From positions 1 to 64,000 of the forward strand of contig CAWANH010000001.1 of the NCBI GenBank assembly GCA_963783375.1: a stretch of DNA of 64,000 bases. Direction: 5' to 3'. Source of the DNA: Candidatus Eiseniibacteriota bacterium (GTDB lineage: Bacteria; Eisenbacteria; RBG-16-71-46; JABDJR01). This document shows positions 1-9,070 of the stretch, one piece after another. Position numbers and translations under genes: made by a program. How positions within the stretch are numbered: the first letter of the stretch is position 1; the number at the start of each line of letters is the position of its first letter. The notes under the pieces were generated by a model. The model was not told the DNA's origin, searched no databases, and saw only the letters and a program-made list of their open reading frames with translations.

Positions 1-389
1 CTCGGTCTCCCCGGTGGTGGAGAGCCCCTTGGCCAACCGCTGGCCCCGCTGGGCCCGGTCGAGGATACCGGCGATCCGGTCCAGCTCCCGGGTGTCCCGC
101 CGCCTTCGGTCTTCAGGTCCTCCATGAGCCTGGTGAGCAACAGGTCCCAGAGCCGGTAGTGGCGGACATTGAGGGTCACCCGGTCGGTGGCCAGCTTCTC
201 CACGAACAGCTCCGCCGCCCGCCGGTCGATCTTCAAGCGCAACCCGTCCCAGTCCTCCTCCCTCCTCCAGCGGCCCACGGTATGGGGTTTGACGTTCAGC
301 CGGGCGGCGATCTCGGCGTTGGTCTCCAGTTCCCCGGCCAGGTAGAGCCTCCGGCCTTCCTCCCTAGCCTTCGTGCGCGATCGCTTCAT
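1..389 (-). CDS. N-terminal HTH protein, terminase small subunit-like (partial; probable frameshift near 105)
   Basis: Not in the ORF track. ATG at 389 gives MKRSRTKAREEGRRLYLAGELETNAEIAARLNVKPHTVGRWRREEDWD, an HTH of the kind found at phage TerS N-termini. After ~105 a shifted frame (DTRELDRIAGILDRAQRGQRLAKGL) looks more protein-like. Confidence 0.6.
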   Translation of the reverse strand, partial: MKRSRTKAREEGRRLYLAGELETNAEIAARLNVKPHTVGRWRREEDWDGLRLKIDRRAAELFVEKLATDRVTLNVRHYRLWDLLLTRLMEDLKTEGGGTPGSWTGSPVSSTGPSGASGWPRGSPPPGRP

Positions 390-1044
390 CGGCGTCCTCC
401 ATGAAGTGCTTGGCCAGATTGGTCAGTCCCCGGGCTTTGCGGTCCCGACCCGGGGTGCCGTCCGAGGCGGCCTCGACGGCGCGGTCGATGAGCTCTTCCT
501 GCTCGGGTGAGACCACGAACGACATCACCCGCGGGAGCACCCGCTCCGCGGCTTCGGCCTCCGCCTCGAGCTGGGCGGCGATCTCCTCCGCCGGGAACTC
601 GAGCAGCGCATGGAGCTCCTCCAGCTGCTTGTCGGTCTCGGGGAGGAGCCCGGCCAGGTCGTCCAGGCTCATCTCGCCCAGGAGGTCGTGGATGAGCTGC
701 GCCCGCCGGATGGGCAGGTCCTGGCCCTGGAGCCGGTTGAGCGTGGCCAGGAGCAGCTTCGCCTCCCGGTCGTCCACGTCCCACACGTCGCAGCGGACCT
801 CGGTGTGGCCGAGGTCCTTGAGGATCGCCAGCCGGTGGTGGCCGTCCAGGACCTGGTACTTGGCCGGGTCGTCGGGGTGCGGGCGGACGATCACGTGGGG
901 ATACCGGCCGGTCCGCTTGATGTGGGCCCGGAGCTTCTCCTGGAGGTCCTCCGGCATCACGTTGGAGTTCAAGGGATGCGCCACGAGGTCGTCCAGGGGA
1001 ACCATCCTCGGGCCGAGGCGCTTCTGCGGGGTGTTCTGGGTCAT
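364..1044 (-). CDS. ParB/Sulfiredoxin N-terminal domain protein
   Basis: LVAHPLNSN...IKRTGRYPHVIVRP...YQVLDGHHRL is a ParBc signature; ATG at 1044 overlaps the upstream stop. Confidence 0.85.
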   Translation of the reverse strand: MTQNTPQKRLGPRMVPLDDLVAHPLNSNVMPEDLQEKLRAHIKRTGRYPHVIVRPHPDDPAKYQVLDGHHRLAILKDLGHTEVRCDVWDVDDREAKLLLATLNRLQGQDLPIRRAQLIHDLLGEMSLDDLAGLLPETDKQLEELHALLEFPAEEIAAQLEAEAEAAERVLPRVMSFVVSPEQEELIDRAVEAASDGTPGRDRKARGLTNLAKHFMEDADEAIAHEG

Positions 1045-1439
1045 GCCGCGCTCCTCTCCTTGCGCTTCTGAGCCGGGAACACCCTCTTGTTCATGATCCA
1101 GAGAGCGCAGGTGAACGTGTCGCACCGCTTGGCCTCCCCATACTCCCAGCCCATACAGTCCAGGCACTTGAGCTTGATGGCCTTGAGGTAGCTTCCCTCC
1201 GCCGCTCGCTCTGCCGCCCGACGGTGATGGGCCTTCAGCCGGGTCGGGCAGTAGTGCAGAGGGTCATACCCCCCTTCGATGGGGGGTTTTTGGATCGAAC
1301 TCCCCTTGGGATGACTCCCAGCCCCTGGATCGGGAGTTAGCTGCTGGGAGTGCTCCTTATTGGGCATCTGTGAGATTTCAGGGGCATCCTGGCGGGGGTC
1401 CATACCCCCGATTTCGGCTGGAGACGGATTTCGGGTCAT
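1041..1439 (-). CDS. Hypothetical phage-type protein with a Cys4 (Zn-binding-like) motif
   Basis: C-terminal LKAIKLKCLDCMGWEYGEAKRCDTFTCALW (CxxC-x10-C-x4-C); ATG at 1439 overlaps the methylase stop. Confidence 0.55.
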   Translation of the reverse strand: MTRNPSPAEIGGMDPRQDAPEISQMPNKEHSQQLTPDPGAGSHPKGSSIQKPPIEGGYDPLHYCPTRLKAHHRRAAERAAEGSYLKAIKLKCLDCMGWEYGEAKRCDTFTCALWIMNKRVFPAQKRKERSAA

Positions 1440-2570
1440 TCGGCGTCCTTTCTGCGGGGGTTCTGGGTACCGTCCTGGCGTGGGGCGAGACGCCGGAGCA
1501 CGGGGGACTCCGGGTCCCACCCCACGACCAGGAACTCCTTGTTGGTGGCCTTCTTCTCGGCGGTGGCCACGGCCGGCAGGTGCTGGTAGCGGAGTTCGAT
1601 CGCCCGGGTCTTCCGCCCGAGCCGCGCCATCTTCTGCTCCAGCTCGTCGATCCCGACCACGGCGTTCCCCAGGGACAGCACCCAGACCGGGATGTGGACC
1701 GCCCGCTCCAGGAGCCCATCGATCATCGAGGCCCCGGTCTTGGCGGTGAACGGGCTGGTGGGTCTGGCTTGAGCCCTCCAGGATCTCGTCCAGGACCTGG
1801 TATTCCTTCTCGTAGCACATCACGCCCGGGGTACGGCGGGTCGAAGTAGGCGACGGCGGCCTCGATCTCGGGGAGGGCTTCGAGGACCGACCGCTTCAGG
1901 ACCCGGCCCTGGCCGGCGAACACCCCGGCGTTGATGACCCGGGCCAGCTCCCAGAGCTTCTCCGGTCGCGTGAGCCGCATCCCGTCCACGTAGTGGTAGA
2001 GGCAGCTCTCGGTGATCGCCTCGTACTCCCCGGTCTCGAGCCGGTGGATGGTTCCCGCCCGGACCTGGGACATGGGGTGCGCCAGGAGCGCAACCCGGAT
2101 GGCCAGCAGCCGGATGAGCGCCGCCTTGGCAGGGTCTTCGGTCTCCCCCGCCGTCCGGAGCGCCCGGTCCAGGAACCGGGCCTGGTCGTGGGTGAACGTG
2201 GAGGGCGAGTACTCGCTCTCGATGCGGCCCGGGCCGCGGTCGCCGTCGTCCTTGGCCAGCCGGAGCACGTCCTCGCGGGTGAGCCGGACCCGGCTGTTGG
2301 CGACCAGGGCTTCCCCGACCACGATCCCGCGCTCGGCGATGTCGGTGGCCACGACCCGGAACCCCTGGGCCTTGGCGTAGAGGCTGACACGCACCCGCCG
2401 CCCAGGAACCCGTCCAGGAACGTCAGCTCCGGCCAGTGCCGCCTTGGCAGGATCCGGTCCACTTCCCGGAAGATCGTGGGACAAAGTCGCCGTTTTCCGC
2501 CCAGGTACGGCGGCAGGGCCGACCACATCGAGAGCTTGCGGTGTCGGAGAGAACTTCGATGCGTTGCCAT
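1436..2570 (-). pseudogene. DNA N6-adenine methyltransferase (D12/Dam-like class), interrupted by three frameshifts (~2390, ~1826, ~1768)
   Basis: PPYLGGKRRL (motif X), FLDGFLGGG (SAM-binding motif I) and AYFDPPY (catalytic motif IV) are spread over different frames. Single-base corrections join them into one ~375-aa protein ending KEFLVVGWD. Real decay and sequencing error are both possible. Confidence 0.8.
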
Positions 2571-2649
2571 TATTCAGCTGGATTCCTCTCGCGTGCAGCG
2601 GACTCCTTGTGCTGCGCCGGGCATGGGGCCCGGCCGGAAGGAGGTCGCG

Positions 2650-2863
2650 ATGAAGCGACAGCAGGCCATCCGGGAGGCGGAACGCATCGCCGCCGCCATC
2701 GGGCGGAACGTCGAGGCGGTCCACACCCGGACCATCCCCTGGGACACGTTCTCCGAGCGGAACGGGCCTCTGGCGGGAGGCCGAGGTCCACCCCCTGGTG
2801 GTGGCCCTGGTCGCCGCGATCCTCCGCCACGATCCCAACTGGAAGAAGGAGACCGTCCGATGA
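2650..2863 (+). CDS. Small hypothetical protein (frameshift near 2765)
   Basis: GGAGGT RBS and ATG at 2650: MKRQQAIREAERIAAAIG... The shifted frame LWREAEVHPLVVALVAAILRHDPNWKKETVR ends in TGA overlapping the next ATG. Confidence 0.45.
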
Positions 2864-3286
2864 CAGCGACCAAAACGTCCAAGAAGACCGCGAAATCGAA
2901 GGCCAAGTCCGCCGGGACGTCCCGGGTCCAAGGACGGGGCGATCGACGCCCAGAACGCGCCTGGTGCGACCGTGGGCGAACCTGAGGCCACTCCCGCGAC
3001 AGACCCCGGGTCCGACAGGAAGCCGGCCAAGGCCAAGGAGCCCAAGCCCAAGAAGGAGCGGGCCCCGAAGGAGGAGCTGGTGGTCTTCGCCTTCCGGCTC
3101 ACCCCCGCCGAGCGGGACGCCATCCACAAGGCGGCCGGACCGGCCAAGGCCAGCAAGTACGTCCGGGCCCTCACCCGGGCGGCCTCGGTGGGCGACCTCG
3201 ACCTCGTGACCAAGATCGTCGAGGCGGTGAAGCAGGAGCTCGGCCTCGTAGCCCCTCTCCCCCGCCACCGACGGCCCCTCGGGTAA
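2860..3286 (+). CDS. Lys/Ala-rich protein with a C-terminal ribbon-helix-helix-like DNA-binding segment (frameshift near 2925)
   Basis: AAGGAG RBS and ATG at 2860 (MTATKTSKKTAK). Removing one G from CCCGGG joins it to ORF 2972..3286, which has VVFAFRLTPAERDAIHKAAGPAKASKYVRAL. Confidence 0.5.
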
Positions 3287-3331
3287 CCGGGGGGTCGGTC
3301 GGTTGTGGGCTCCGACCCGCCGTCGCCCCGC

Positions 3332-4246
3332 TCACTCGAACCCGATCCTTCTCGACCGAATCCGGATCCCGAACCGCCCGTCGCCGATCACCAACCCGGG
3401 CCCGGGCGGTTGGCTGATGACGGTCAGCACCGGCCGGACCCCTTCGAGGTCGTTGTTGTCGTGGAACCGGACCACCGGGCTCGACCCGGTCCGCCAGGCC
3501 AGCCGGATGCCGTAGACCGGCGTTCCCGCCTTCCAGGCCGCGACGATCGGGGTGATGGGGATGGTGACCGGGGCATCCAGGGCCCCGGCGTAGAGCCCGG
3601 GGATGTCGGCTGCCCGAACCACGACGGCGAGTGACGGGTCCACGTCACCCCCCGGGTCGGCCCAGGGCTTCTTGGTCGCCCGGTTGAGCCAGGTCGCCCC
3701 GGACTCGTTCCAGGACACCACCAGGGGGGCGACCTCGAGGCTGTCGTTGGCCCCCGGGTGGTCGGAGTTCAGCCGGTAGAGCGTCACCGCCGCCGAGTCC
3801 AGCGTTCCGACGATGGAGTCCGCGATGCTCGCCGCCCAGGTCACGAGCCCCACGCACTGGTCGCCGCTCCCGGGGGTGTGGAGCACCGTGATGCCGTTCG
3901 GGCTCCCGTTCCCGCCATGGAGGGGATCGGCTTCATCCAGGTAGGTGGCCGGGACGTCGGCGGAGTCGGCCCGGGGCGACGTCCACGTCACCGGCGGCGA
4001 CGGCGGCGGTGGGATGCGGATGCCGAACCCGCCGGGGCCGATGCGGGGTTCAGCCGGGCGGGGAACCAGCATCTGCCCGACCATGAACCCCAGGACCAGG
4101 ATCAGGACTTCCCACCACCGGATGACCGAAGTTTCCGGATTACGGACGCCTTCTATAAAGGCGTCGTCCGTAAACAAACTTCGGAAACCTCGGCCCCATC
4201 CTCGCAACGTACGGAAACCTTTCGCTCCGTAACCCACCCAACTCAT
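3332..4246 (-). CDS. Membrane-anchored/secreted DNRLRE-like domain protein (start uncertain)
   Basis: Hydrophobic segment WWEVLILVLGFMVG, Pro-rich linker, then DSAAVTLY...SWNESGATWLNRATKKPWADPGGD...RPVLTV, typical of DNRLRE/CBM96-like domains. Confidence 0.6.
   Translation of the reverse strand: MSWVGYGAKGFRTLRGWGRGFRSLFTDDAFIEGVRNPETSVIRWWEVLILVLGFMVGQMLVPRPAEPRIGPGGFGIRIPPPPSPPVTWTSPRADSADVPATYLDEADPLHGGNGSPNGITVLHTPGSGDQCVGLVTWAASIADSIVGTLDSAAVTLYRLNSDHPGANDSLEVAPLVVSWNESGATWLNRATKKPWADPGGDVDPSLAVVVRAADIPGLYAGALDAPVTIPITPIVAAWKAGTPVYGIRLAWRTGSSPVVRFHDNNDLEGVRPVLTVISQPPGPGLVIGDGRFGIRIRSRRIGFE
4126..4184. repeat. Long imperfect inverted repeat (cruciform) with nearby GTTTCCG/CGGAAAC repeats
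   Basis: CCGAAGTTT-ccgga-TTACGGAC-GCCTT-ctata-AAGGC-gtc-GTCCGTAA-ac-AAACTTCGG. GTTTCCG or its complement occurs at 4131, 4182, 4212, 4271 and 4282. Confidence 0.7.
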
Positions 4247-4377
4247 TGCCTGCCAACGACTAGAGACTTTGTTTCCGGAGAGTTTCCGGAAGATACGGGT
4301 TCGCAATCTAGATCTCCTCCTCAAAGGGACCGTCGCGCCGTGGGCACCTCGGCTCTCGTTGGGTTCGATGAGGCCCC

Positions 4378-5181
4378 TCATCGTCTCCAGCTCCTTCCCG
4401 TCACCGTCACGATGAGCGCGCGGTGGGCATCGAAGAGACGGTCCACCACCCGCTCCGAGAGCCGCGACTCCAGCTCCCGGCGGTTGGCGTTCGTGGTCAC
4501 GATCCAGGGCCGGTTGTTCACGTAGCGGCCGTCCACGATCTCGTAGACCCGCTCCAGCTGCCCGTGCTCCAGGGTCGTCACCCCCACGTCGTCCAGGACC
4601 AGGAGGTCCACGGCTTGCGCCCGGTGCAACAGGTCCTCGGCCTCGGTGTGGCGGTTCTCGGATCGGTACTTCCGGATCTCCCCCCACCGCTGCGCCCAGT
4701 TCCAGAACAGCCCGGTCCGCCCGTGCCGCTCGATGGCTTCGCGGAGTACGGCGACGGCCAGGTGTGTCTTCGCCGCCCCTACCGCGCCCATCAGGATCAA
4801 AGACCGCGACCCCGGCCGGGCTGCGAACTGCCGGCAGGTGGTGATGGCCTCCTTGAGCCGCTCCCGTTGGTCGGGTGCGAGATCGTCCAGCTTCAAGCCG
4901 TCGAAGTCGGCGGCGGCGAACGCCGGGGGGATCTGGGCGGCGGCCAGGTTCCGCCGCTTGGCCTCGGCGGCTTCCCGCTCCCGGGCCTGCCGGTCGCGCC
5001 GCTCGGTCTCCTCCCGAGCGCATCGGCACGCCCGCGGCAGGCTCTCGGCGTCCAGGAACCCGCGGGCTTCGGCCGGAAGCAGAGCCCGAGTCGCCTCCCC
5101 GCATGTCGGGCAGGTCGGGAGGTCAGGGGTCAGGGTTCCCGGGGCTTCGGTTGTGTCGCTCGTCTGGGTTTCGTCGGTCAT
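4378..5181 (-). CDS. DnaC/IstB-like AAA+ helicase loader
   Basis: N-terminal CPTC...CRC Zn motif, Walker A variant GAVGAAKT, Walker B LLVLDDVG, IVTTN, ERVVDRL; directly downstream of the initiator gene. Confidence 0.9.
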   Translation of the reverse strand: MTDETQTSDTTEAPGTLTPDLPTCPTCGEATRALLPAEARGFLDAESLPRACRCAREETERRDRQAREREAAEAKRRNLAAAQIPPAFAAADFDGLKLDDLAPDQRERLKEAITTCRQFAARPGSRSLILMGAVGAAKTHLAVAVLREAIERHGRTGLFWNWAQRWGEIRKYRSENRHTEAEDLLHRAQAVDLLVLDDVGVTTLEHGQLERVYEIVDGRYVNNRPWIVTTNANRRELESRLSERVVDRLFDAHRALIVTVTGRSWRR

Positions 5182-6245
5182 GGGGTGGTCTCCTGTGTAG
5201 CCTCCGCCGCATCGGCGAGGAGGCGTTGGTTGCGTTCGCGCTGGCTATCCGGATCGCCGTAGCGGGTGGGATCGGGTCCGGCGGCGGGGTCGGTGGTGGT
5301 TTGCTCCCGCCAGTAGTCGAAGTCGTGCTCCAGCTTCCCGAAGGTCGGGGTCGTGGATCTGGACTCCCGGATGTAGGTCCCCGCGACCTTCCGGAACAGC
5401 GCCATCCCCTCGACCCAGCCATGGAGCTGGGAGAGCACCCGGAGGAGCCGCGTCGCCGCTTCGTCGTCGGCGGTGGACCCGACGTAGTGGCCGAGCTTCG
5501 GGCGGATCTGGAGTCGAAGCTCCCTGAACAGAGCGATCAAGGCCTGAGGAGGGGGAGGATCGTCCGGAGGAGGGTCCGGGTCGGGCACGGCACCCGGGGG
5601 TTCGACCTCGGTGTCGGGGGTGCCGCCTGCGCCCGGGTCTTTTCCTTCTCCTTCTCCTTCTCCTTCTCTATTCTCCTTCTCCTTCTCCTTCTCCTTCTCC
5701 TTGTGGTTCACCCTTCCAAGGGGTTCCCGCGCATCGTTCATACCCTTCGAAGGTCCTTCGAAGCCGTCCGATGGACCATCGAAGGGGCTTGCAAGGTCCT
5801 TCTCAGAAGACGGGGTGGGAGGCGCCTCCAGCCGCAGCGCGTCTCGGTACTTGTCGCAGAACCGCGCCGTGAACGGGTTCCGGGATAGCTGCTGAAGCTC
5901 TCGACTTACCCCGGCCACGCGCTTGTCGCTGGGTTTGAGCGCCACGCTCCGGCCCAAAACCTGCCACCTGGCCATCTCAATCACCCAGACGAACTCCGAC
6001 TCGGGGTCGTATTCGGCAAACCCGAGCCCGGCGAGCGTGGCCAGCCCGCGCTCGGTCACCTCGATGGACTGGCCGCACTCGTGGGCGATGACGGGCAGCG
6101 GCAGGTAGTAGAGGCCCAGCATGTTCGAGCCGGGGGCGCTGAGGAGATAGAGCGCCAGCACCTTGACCTCCGGGTCCAGCCCCCGAAGCTCCTTCCCCGT
6201 CCCCCCGGTCCAGAACGTCGGCGACAGCCGAGCGTACTCACGCAT
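5178..6245 (-). CDS. Phage replication initiator / replisome organiser
   Basis: N-terminal wHTH-like domain (FWTGGTGKELR...LALYLLSAPGSNMLGLYYLP), KEKEKE/EGEGEG linker, coupled to the DnaC-like gene (O/P-type pair). Confidence 0.8.
   Translation of the reverse strand: MREYARLSPTFWTGGTGKELRGLDPEVKVLALYLLSAPGSNMLGLYYLPLPVIAHECGQSIEVTERGLATLAGLGFAEYDPESEFVWVIEMARWQVLGRSVALKPSDKRVAGVSRELQQLSRNPFTARFCDKYRDALRLEAPPTPSSEKDLASPFDGPSDGFEGPSKGMNDAREPLGRVNHKEKEKEKEKENREGEGEGEGKDPGAGGTPDTEVEPPGAVPDPDPPPDDPPPPQALIALFRELRLQIRPKLGHYVGSTADDEAATRLLRVLSQLHGWVEGMALFRKVAGTYIRESRSTTPTFGKLEHDFDYWREQTTTDPAAGPDPTRYGDPDSQRERNQRLLADAAEATQETTP
5642..5799. repeat. (TTCTCC)n tract plus iteron-like CCTTCGAAGG palindromes inside the initiator gene (candidate origin)
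   Basis: TTCTCC hexamer run at 5642-5700; CCCTTCCAAGGG 5711, CCCTTCGAAGG 5743, CCTTCGAAGCC 5755, CCATCGAAGGGG 5776, GCTTGCAAGG 5787. Confidence 0.6.
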
Positions 6246-6510
6246 GGTCGGGCTCCTCCCGCAGGCGGCGGAGGAACTGCTCGATGGCCGGGTGGGGCCG
6301 GGTGTCGGCCTCCCGGTCCGGGCCCAGGCTCCTCGTGCCCTCCTCCCCGATCCGGCGGAGGGTTCTCCCCCGGACCACCTCCAGGTTCCGTATGAACTTC
6401 CAGATCACCTCATCCGGTACCGGCTCGGTCGCCACCAGCCCACCGGCTGCCAGCGCCAACTCCTCGAACGCGTCATCGATCAACTCACGCACTTCGGTCG
6501 TGCTCATCAT
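6238..6510 (-). CDS. Hypothetical protein (first gene of the replication operon)
   Basis: GGAGG RBS, MMSTTEVRELIDDAFEELALAAGG...; stop overlaps the initiator start. Confidence 0.6.
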   Translation of the reverse strand: MMSTTEVRELIDDAFEELALAAGGLVATEPVPDEVIWKFIRNLEVVRGRTLRRIGEEGTRSLGPDREADTRPHPAIEQFLRRLREEPDHA

Positions 6511-6549
6511 TCCGCGATCCCTCCGATCGTCTTGGGGTTCCCAATGGTG

Positions 6550-6579
6550 AAAGGGCAACCTGTCCGCCGCGCGGGGACA
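6550..6579 (-). promoter_or_regulatory. Putative element-sigma promoter, copy 1 (TGTCCCC-N17-CCCTTT)
   Basis: Minus strand reads TGTCCCC gcgcggcggacaggttg CCCTTT caccattgg, ending 40 nt upstream of ATG 6510. Confidence 0.6.
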
Positions 6580-6638
6580 ACTTTGTGGGTGGATCTCAAA
6601 TCCGCCGCCCGCTTGGCGACCTAACCCCTTCCACTAGG

Positions 6639-6669
6639 TAAGGGGCCCCGGACGGGCCGGAAGGGGACA
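6639..6669 (-). promoter_or_regulatory. Putative element-sigma promoter, copy 2 (TGTCCCC-N18-CCCTTA)
   Basis: Minus strand reads TGTCCCC ttccggcccgtccggggc CCCTTA cctagtgg, just downstream of the sigma-like gene. Confidence 0.5.
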
Positions 6670-6715
6670 ACCTTGGGTTGCCGACCGCTTCCGACCCGCC
6701 CTGCGGGGCTTGGGG

Positions 6716-7693
6716 CTACCGGATGCGGCGGGGCCGTCGGGGACCGGCTAGGTCCATCCGGCGGTCATGACGGCGGAGGTGGGCCTCCAGCCGCTGGCGC
6801 TTCTTCTTCAGCGCCTCGTACCGGAACCCCCGCTCCTCGGCGTAGGCGCGGATGGGGAGGCGGTACACCCGCGTGGCCACCAGGAGCCGGAAGTCCTCCT
6901 CGGTGATCACGCCCTCAAGCAGATACGCCTTGAAGTTCCGGATCTGCTGCTGGAGCTCCCGATCGAGGTCCACCGCGGCCATGCCCATACCGTTGCGGTC
7001 GGGAACCCCGCGTTCGAGCAGGACGCGGCCCATCAGGATCTCCCGGCTCGATCGCTTCCAGATGCGCTGGTACTCCCGGTAGAAGTAGCTGAACGTGTCG
7101 TTGTAGAGCTTCTGGACCAGGCCGTGTTGGCGCTTCCGGACATCGAACCGGTGGACCACTTCGAGGAAGGTCAGGATCAGCACCTGCCACCGCTCCTGGG
7201 GATCGCGGTCGTACCAGAACTTGTTTCGGTGGATGGATCGGAGCCCCGGCCACATGATGGCCAGGAGCACCGTCTGCCATCCCGGATCGCGGTCGTCCTG
7301 GTGCGCCCCGAGGATGGCCAGGAGAATCTCGTTCTTCCGCGGGTCCGAGGAGATCCCCTCCCGCATGAACGCGATCACCGCTTCCCAGTCCGAGTAGTCC
7401 CGCAAGAACGGGCACCCCCGCTGGGCGGTCTTGAGTAGACCGGCGATCTCGGGCCGCGCGTGCTCCCGCAACAGGGCCTGGTACTGCTGGTCGAGCGTCG
7501 GCCGGGGTATGTCGCCGTACCGGGGAATCTCCTGCTGACTGCCGGGACCCTGAGTCGGCGTGCTAGAGCCGGCCTTGGGATTCGGCATCTTCGTTGCGGG
7601 TGCGTCCACGGTGGAATCGCACTGGAGGGACTGGGAGGAATCATCTTGCACGGAGGTCTCATTCAGAATGACTTCGGTCAACGTTTGCTTCAC
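6716..7693 (-). CDS. Sigma-70 family (ECF-like) RNA polymerase sigma factor, element-encoded
   Basis: Region-2-like segment LLAIMWPGLRSI...DPQERWQVLILTFLEVVHRFD and region-4-like HTH EEDFRLLVATRVYRLPIRAYAEERGFRYEALKKKRQRLEAHLRR; AAGGAG RBS before GTG 7693. Confidence 0.6.
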   Translation of the reverse strand: MKQTLTEVILNETSVQDDSSQSLQCDSTVDAPATKMPNPKAGSSTPTQGPGSQQEIPRYGDIPRPTLDQQYQALLREHARPEIAGLLKTAQRGCPFLRDYSDWEAVIAFMREGISSDPRKNEILLAILGAHQDDRDPGWQTVLLAIMWPGLRSIHRNKFWYDRDPQERWQVLILTFLEVVHRFDVRKRQHGLVQKLYNDTFSYFYREYQRIWKRSSREILMGRVLLERGVPDRNGMGMAAVDLDRELQQQIRNFKAYLLEGVITEEDFRLLVATRVYRLPIRAYAEERGFRYEALKKKRQRLEAHLRRHDRRMDLAGPRRPRRIR

Positions 7694-7960
7694 TCCTTTG
7701 CAGTGCCCATCAACGGTGGACCCCGGCAGGCACCGTGAGGGGCGCCATGACTCGCCGCGTCGGCCGTGGCGAGCTCGGTTGGGTCATCCAAGAGCCCAGA
7801 GGGTCTTGGCCTGCCAACCTGAATGGCGACTTGTCGATGAGAGCGGCGATTTGGCGGGAAAAAAAAATGTCGGAACGCGGCTAAGTCGTTGCTATTCTAG
7901 GTAGATAAACTTCCAGAAAAATTGCCCCGAACACCCCAAAACCCGACCGAGTTGTCGATG

Positions 7961-9005
7961 CTACATTCGCGGAGACAGTCGGAAGGCCGTCCTCCAGCAT
8001 TTCTCGTCGTCATCCCAGGGGATCGGCTCCCCGGCCAAGCCGAAGAACGCCTTCAGCACCGTGGACAGACGTTCCTTCCGCTTCTGTGCTTTCGGGGTGG
8101 CTCCGGAGTCACCCCAACCCAAGTGACCGTAGGTCTCCGCAAGGTCGCGCAATAATTCCCACTTCACATTCGGAACCGCGTTCCGTCGATCGACCATCCC
8201 CATCTGGGTGAAATTGTAAGTCTTGCGAACATCCTTCGATTCAATGCGGACTCGATCTGGGTCGACGAACGTGATGTCGATCTTGCTCCACCCGACATCC
8301 GCGGGCGTGGGGAACCGCTCCATCGACGGTCGGACTTCCGAACGGGTCTCCACCTCAGGTGAGAGACGGAGTTTCCACAACGCGGGGAGCAGCTCCCGGT
8401 AGGTCTCCTCATCGATGGTGTCCGAGTATCCCAACCGATCCAACGCATCCCCGATCTCCTCGAATTCTTGGACTCCCGGGTCCAGGATCTGAATCGACCA
8501 ACTCTCTGGGATCTTGAGGAGGCCCGGCTCGATGAGTTCATCAATGAGCGGATGCAAGACAGCAGTGCCTCCCGGGAAATCCTTCTGCACGGTCTCCAGG
8601 CTGACCCATCGACTGGCCTCCCCCTCGGCGAGGTTGTAGGTCCGTCGCAAGAGCTCGAACCGCAACCACTCCCGCCCGTAGGCGATGGCCCGCGCCTCGC
8701 GGAGGAGACCTGCAGCGGCCGACTTTCCCTTCTGGGTATCTGGACTGGTCCGAAGCAGGGATTCCCGCTGCCGTTACGCCAGTAGGTGTGAGGGTCACGC
8801 CCATACCCGCACACCAGAGCATCCAATCCCGATGGTCGATGAAGTAGGTCAGGGTGTCTTCCAGCTCCGCGTAGTCGAGATTCAGCTTCTTCCCAAGCTG
8901 GTCTTGAACCTCGACGCGTTGCTCCGCCCGTCCACCGGCGAGCACGTAGGTTGCCAGGAGCACCGTGTTCCGCTTCGCCTCGCGTTGCTCTGCAATCGAC
9001 GCCAT
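7961..9005 (-). CDS. Multi-winged-helix putative regulator (one frameshift near 8765)
   Basis: ORFs 8541..9020 and 7961..8665 join into one ~347-aa protein if one G is removed at GCGGGAAT (LTPTGVTAAESLLRTSP...EWLRFELLRRTY). Two wHTH-like units plus a C-terminal FPTP...W...KRKERLSTVLKAFFGLAGEPI domain; divergent from the integrase. Confidence 0.55.
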
Positions 9006-9070
9006 CTCCCACCCCCGCATGCTGACGCCCGCCAGTTCAGGTCTCCTCGGGCTTGCTGGGCTAGCAAGTC

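Noticed and set aside
4378-5181. IS21 IstB helper of a transposon
   Set aside because: It is coupled to a phage-type initiator rather than to an IstA transposase, so a DnaC-like loader is the better call.
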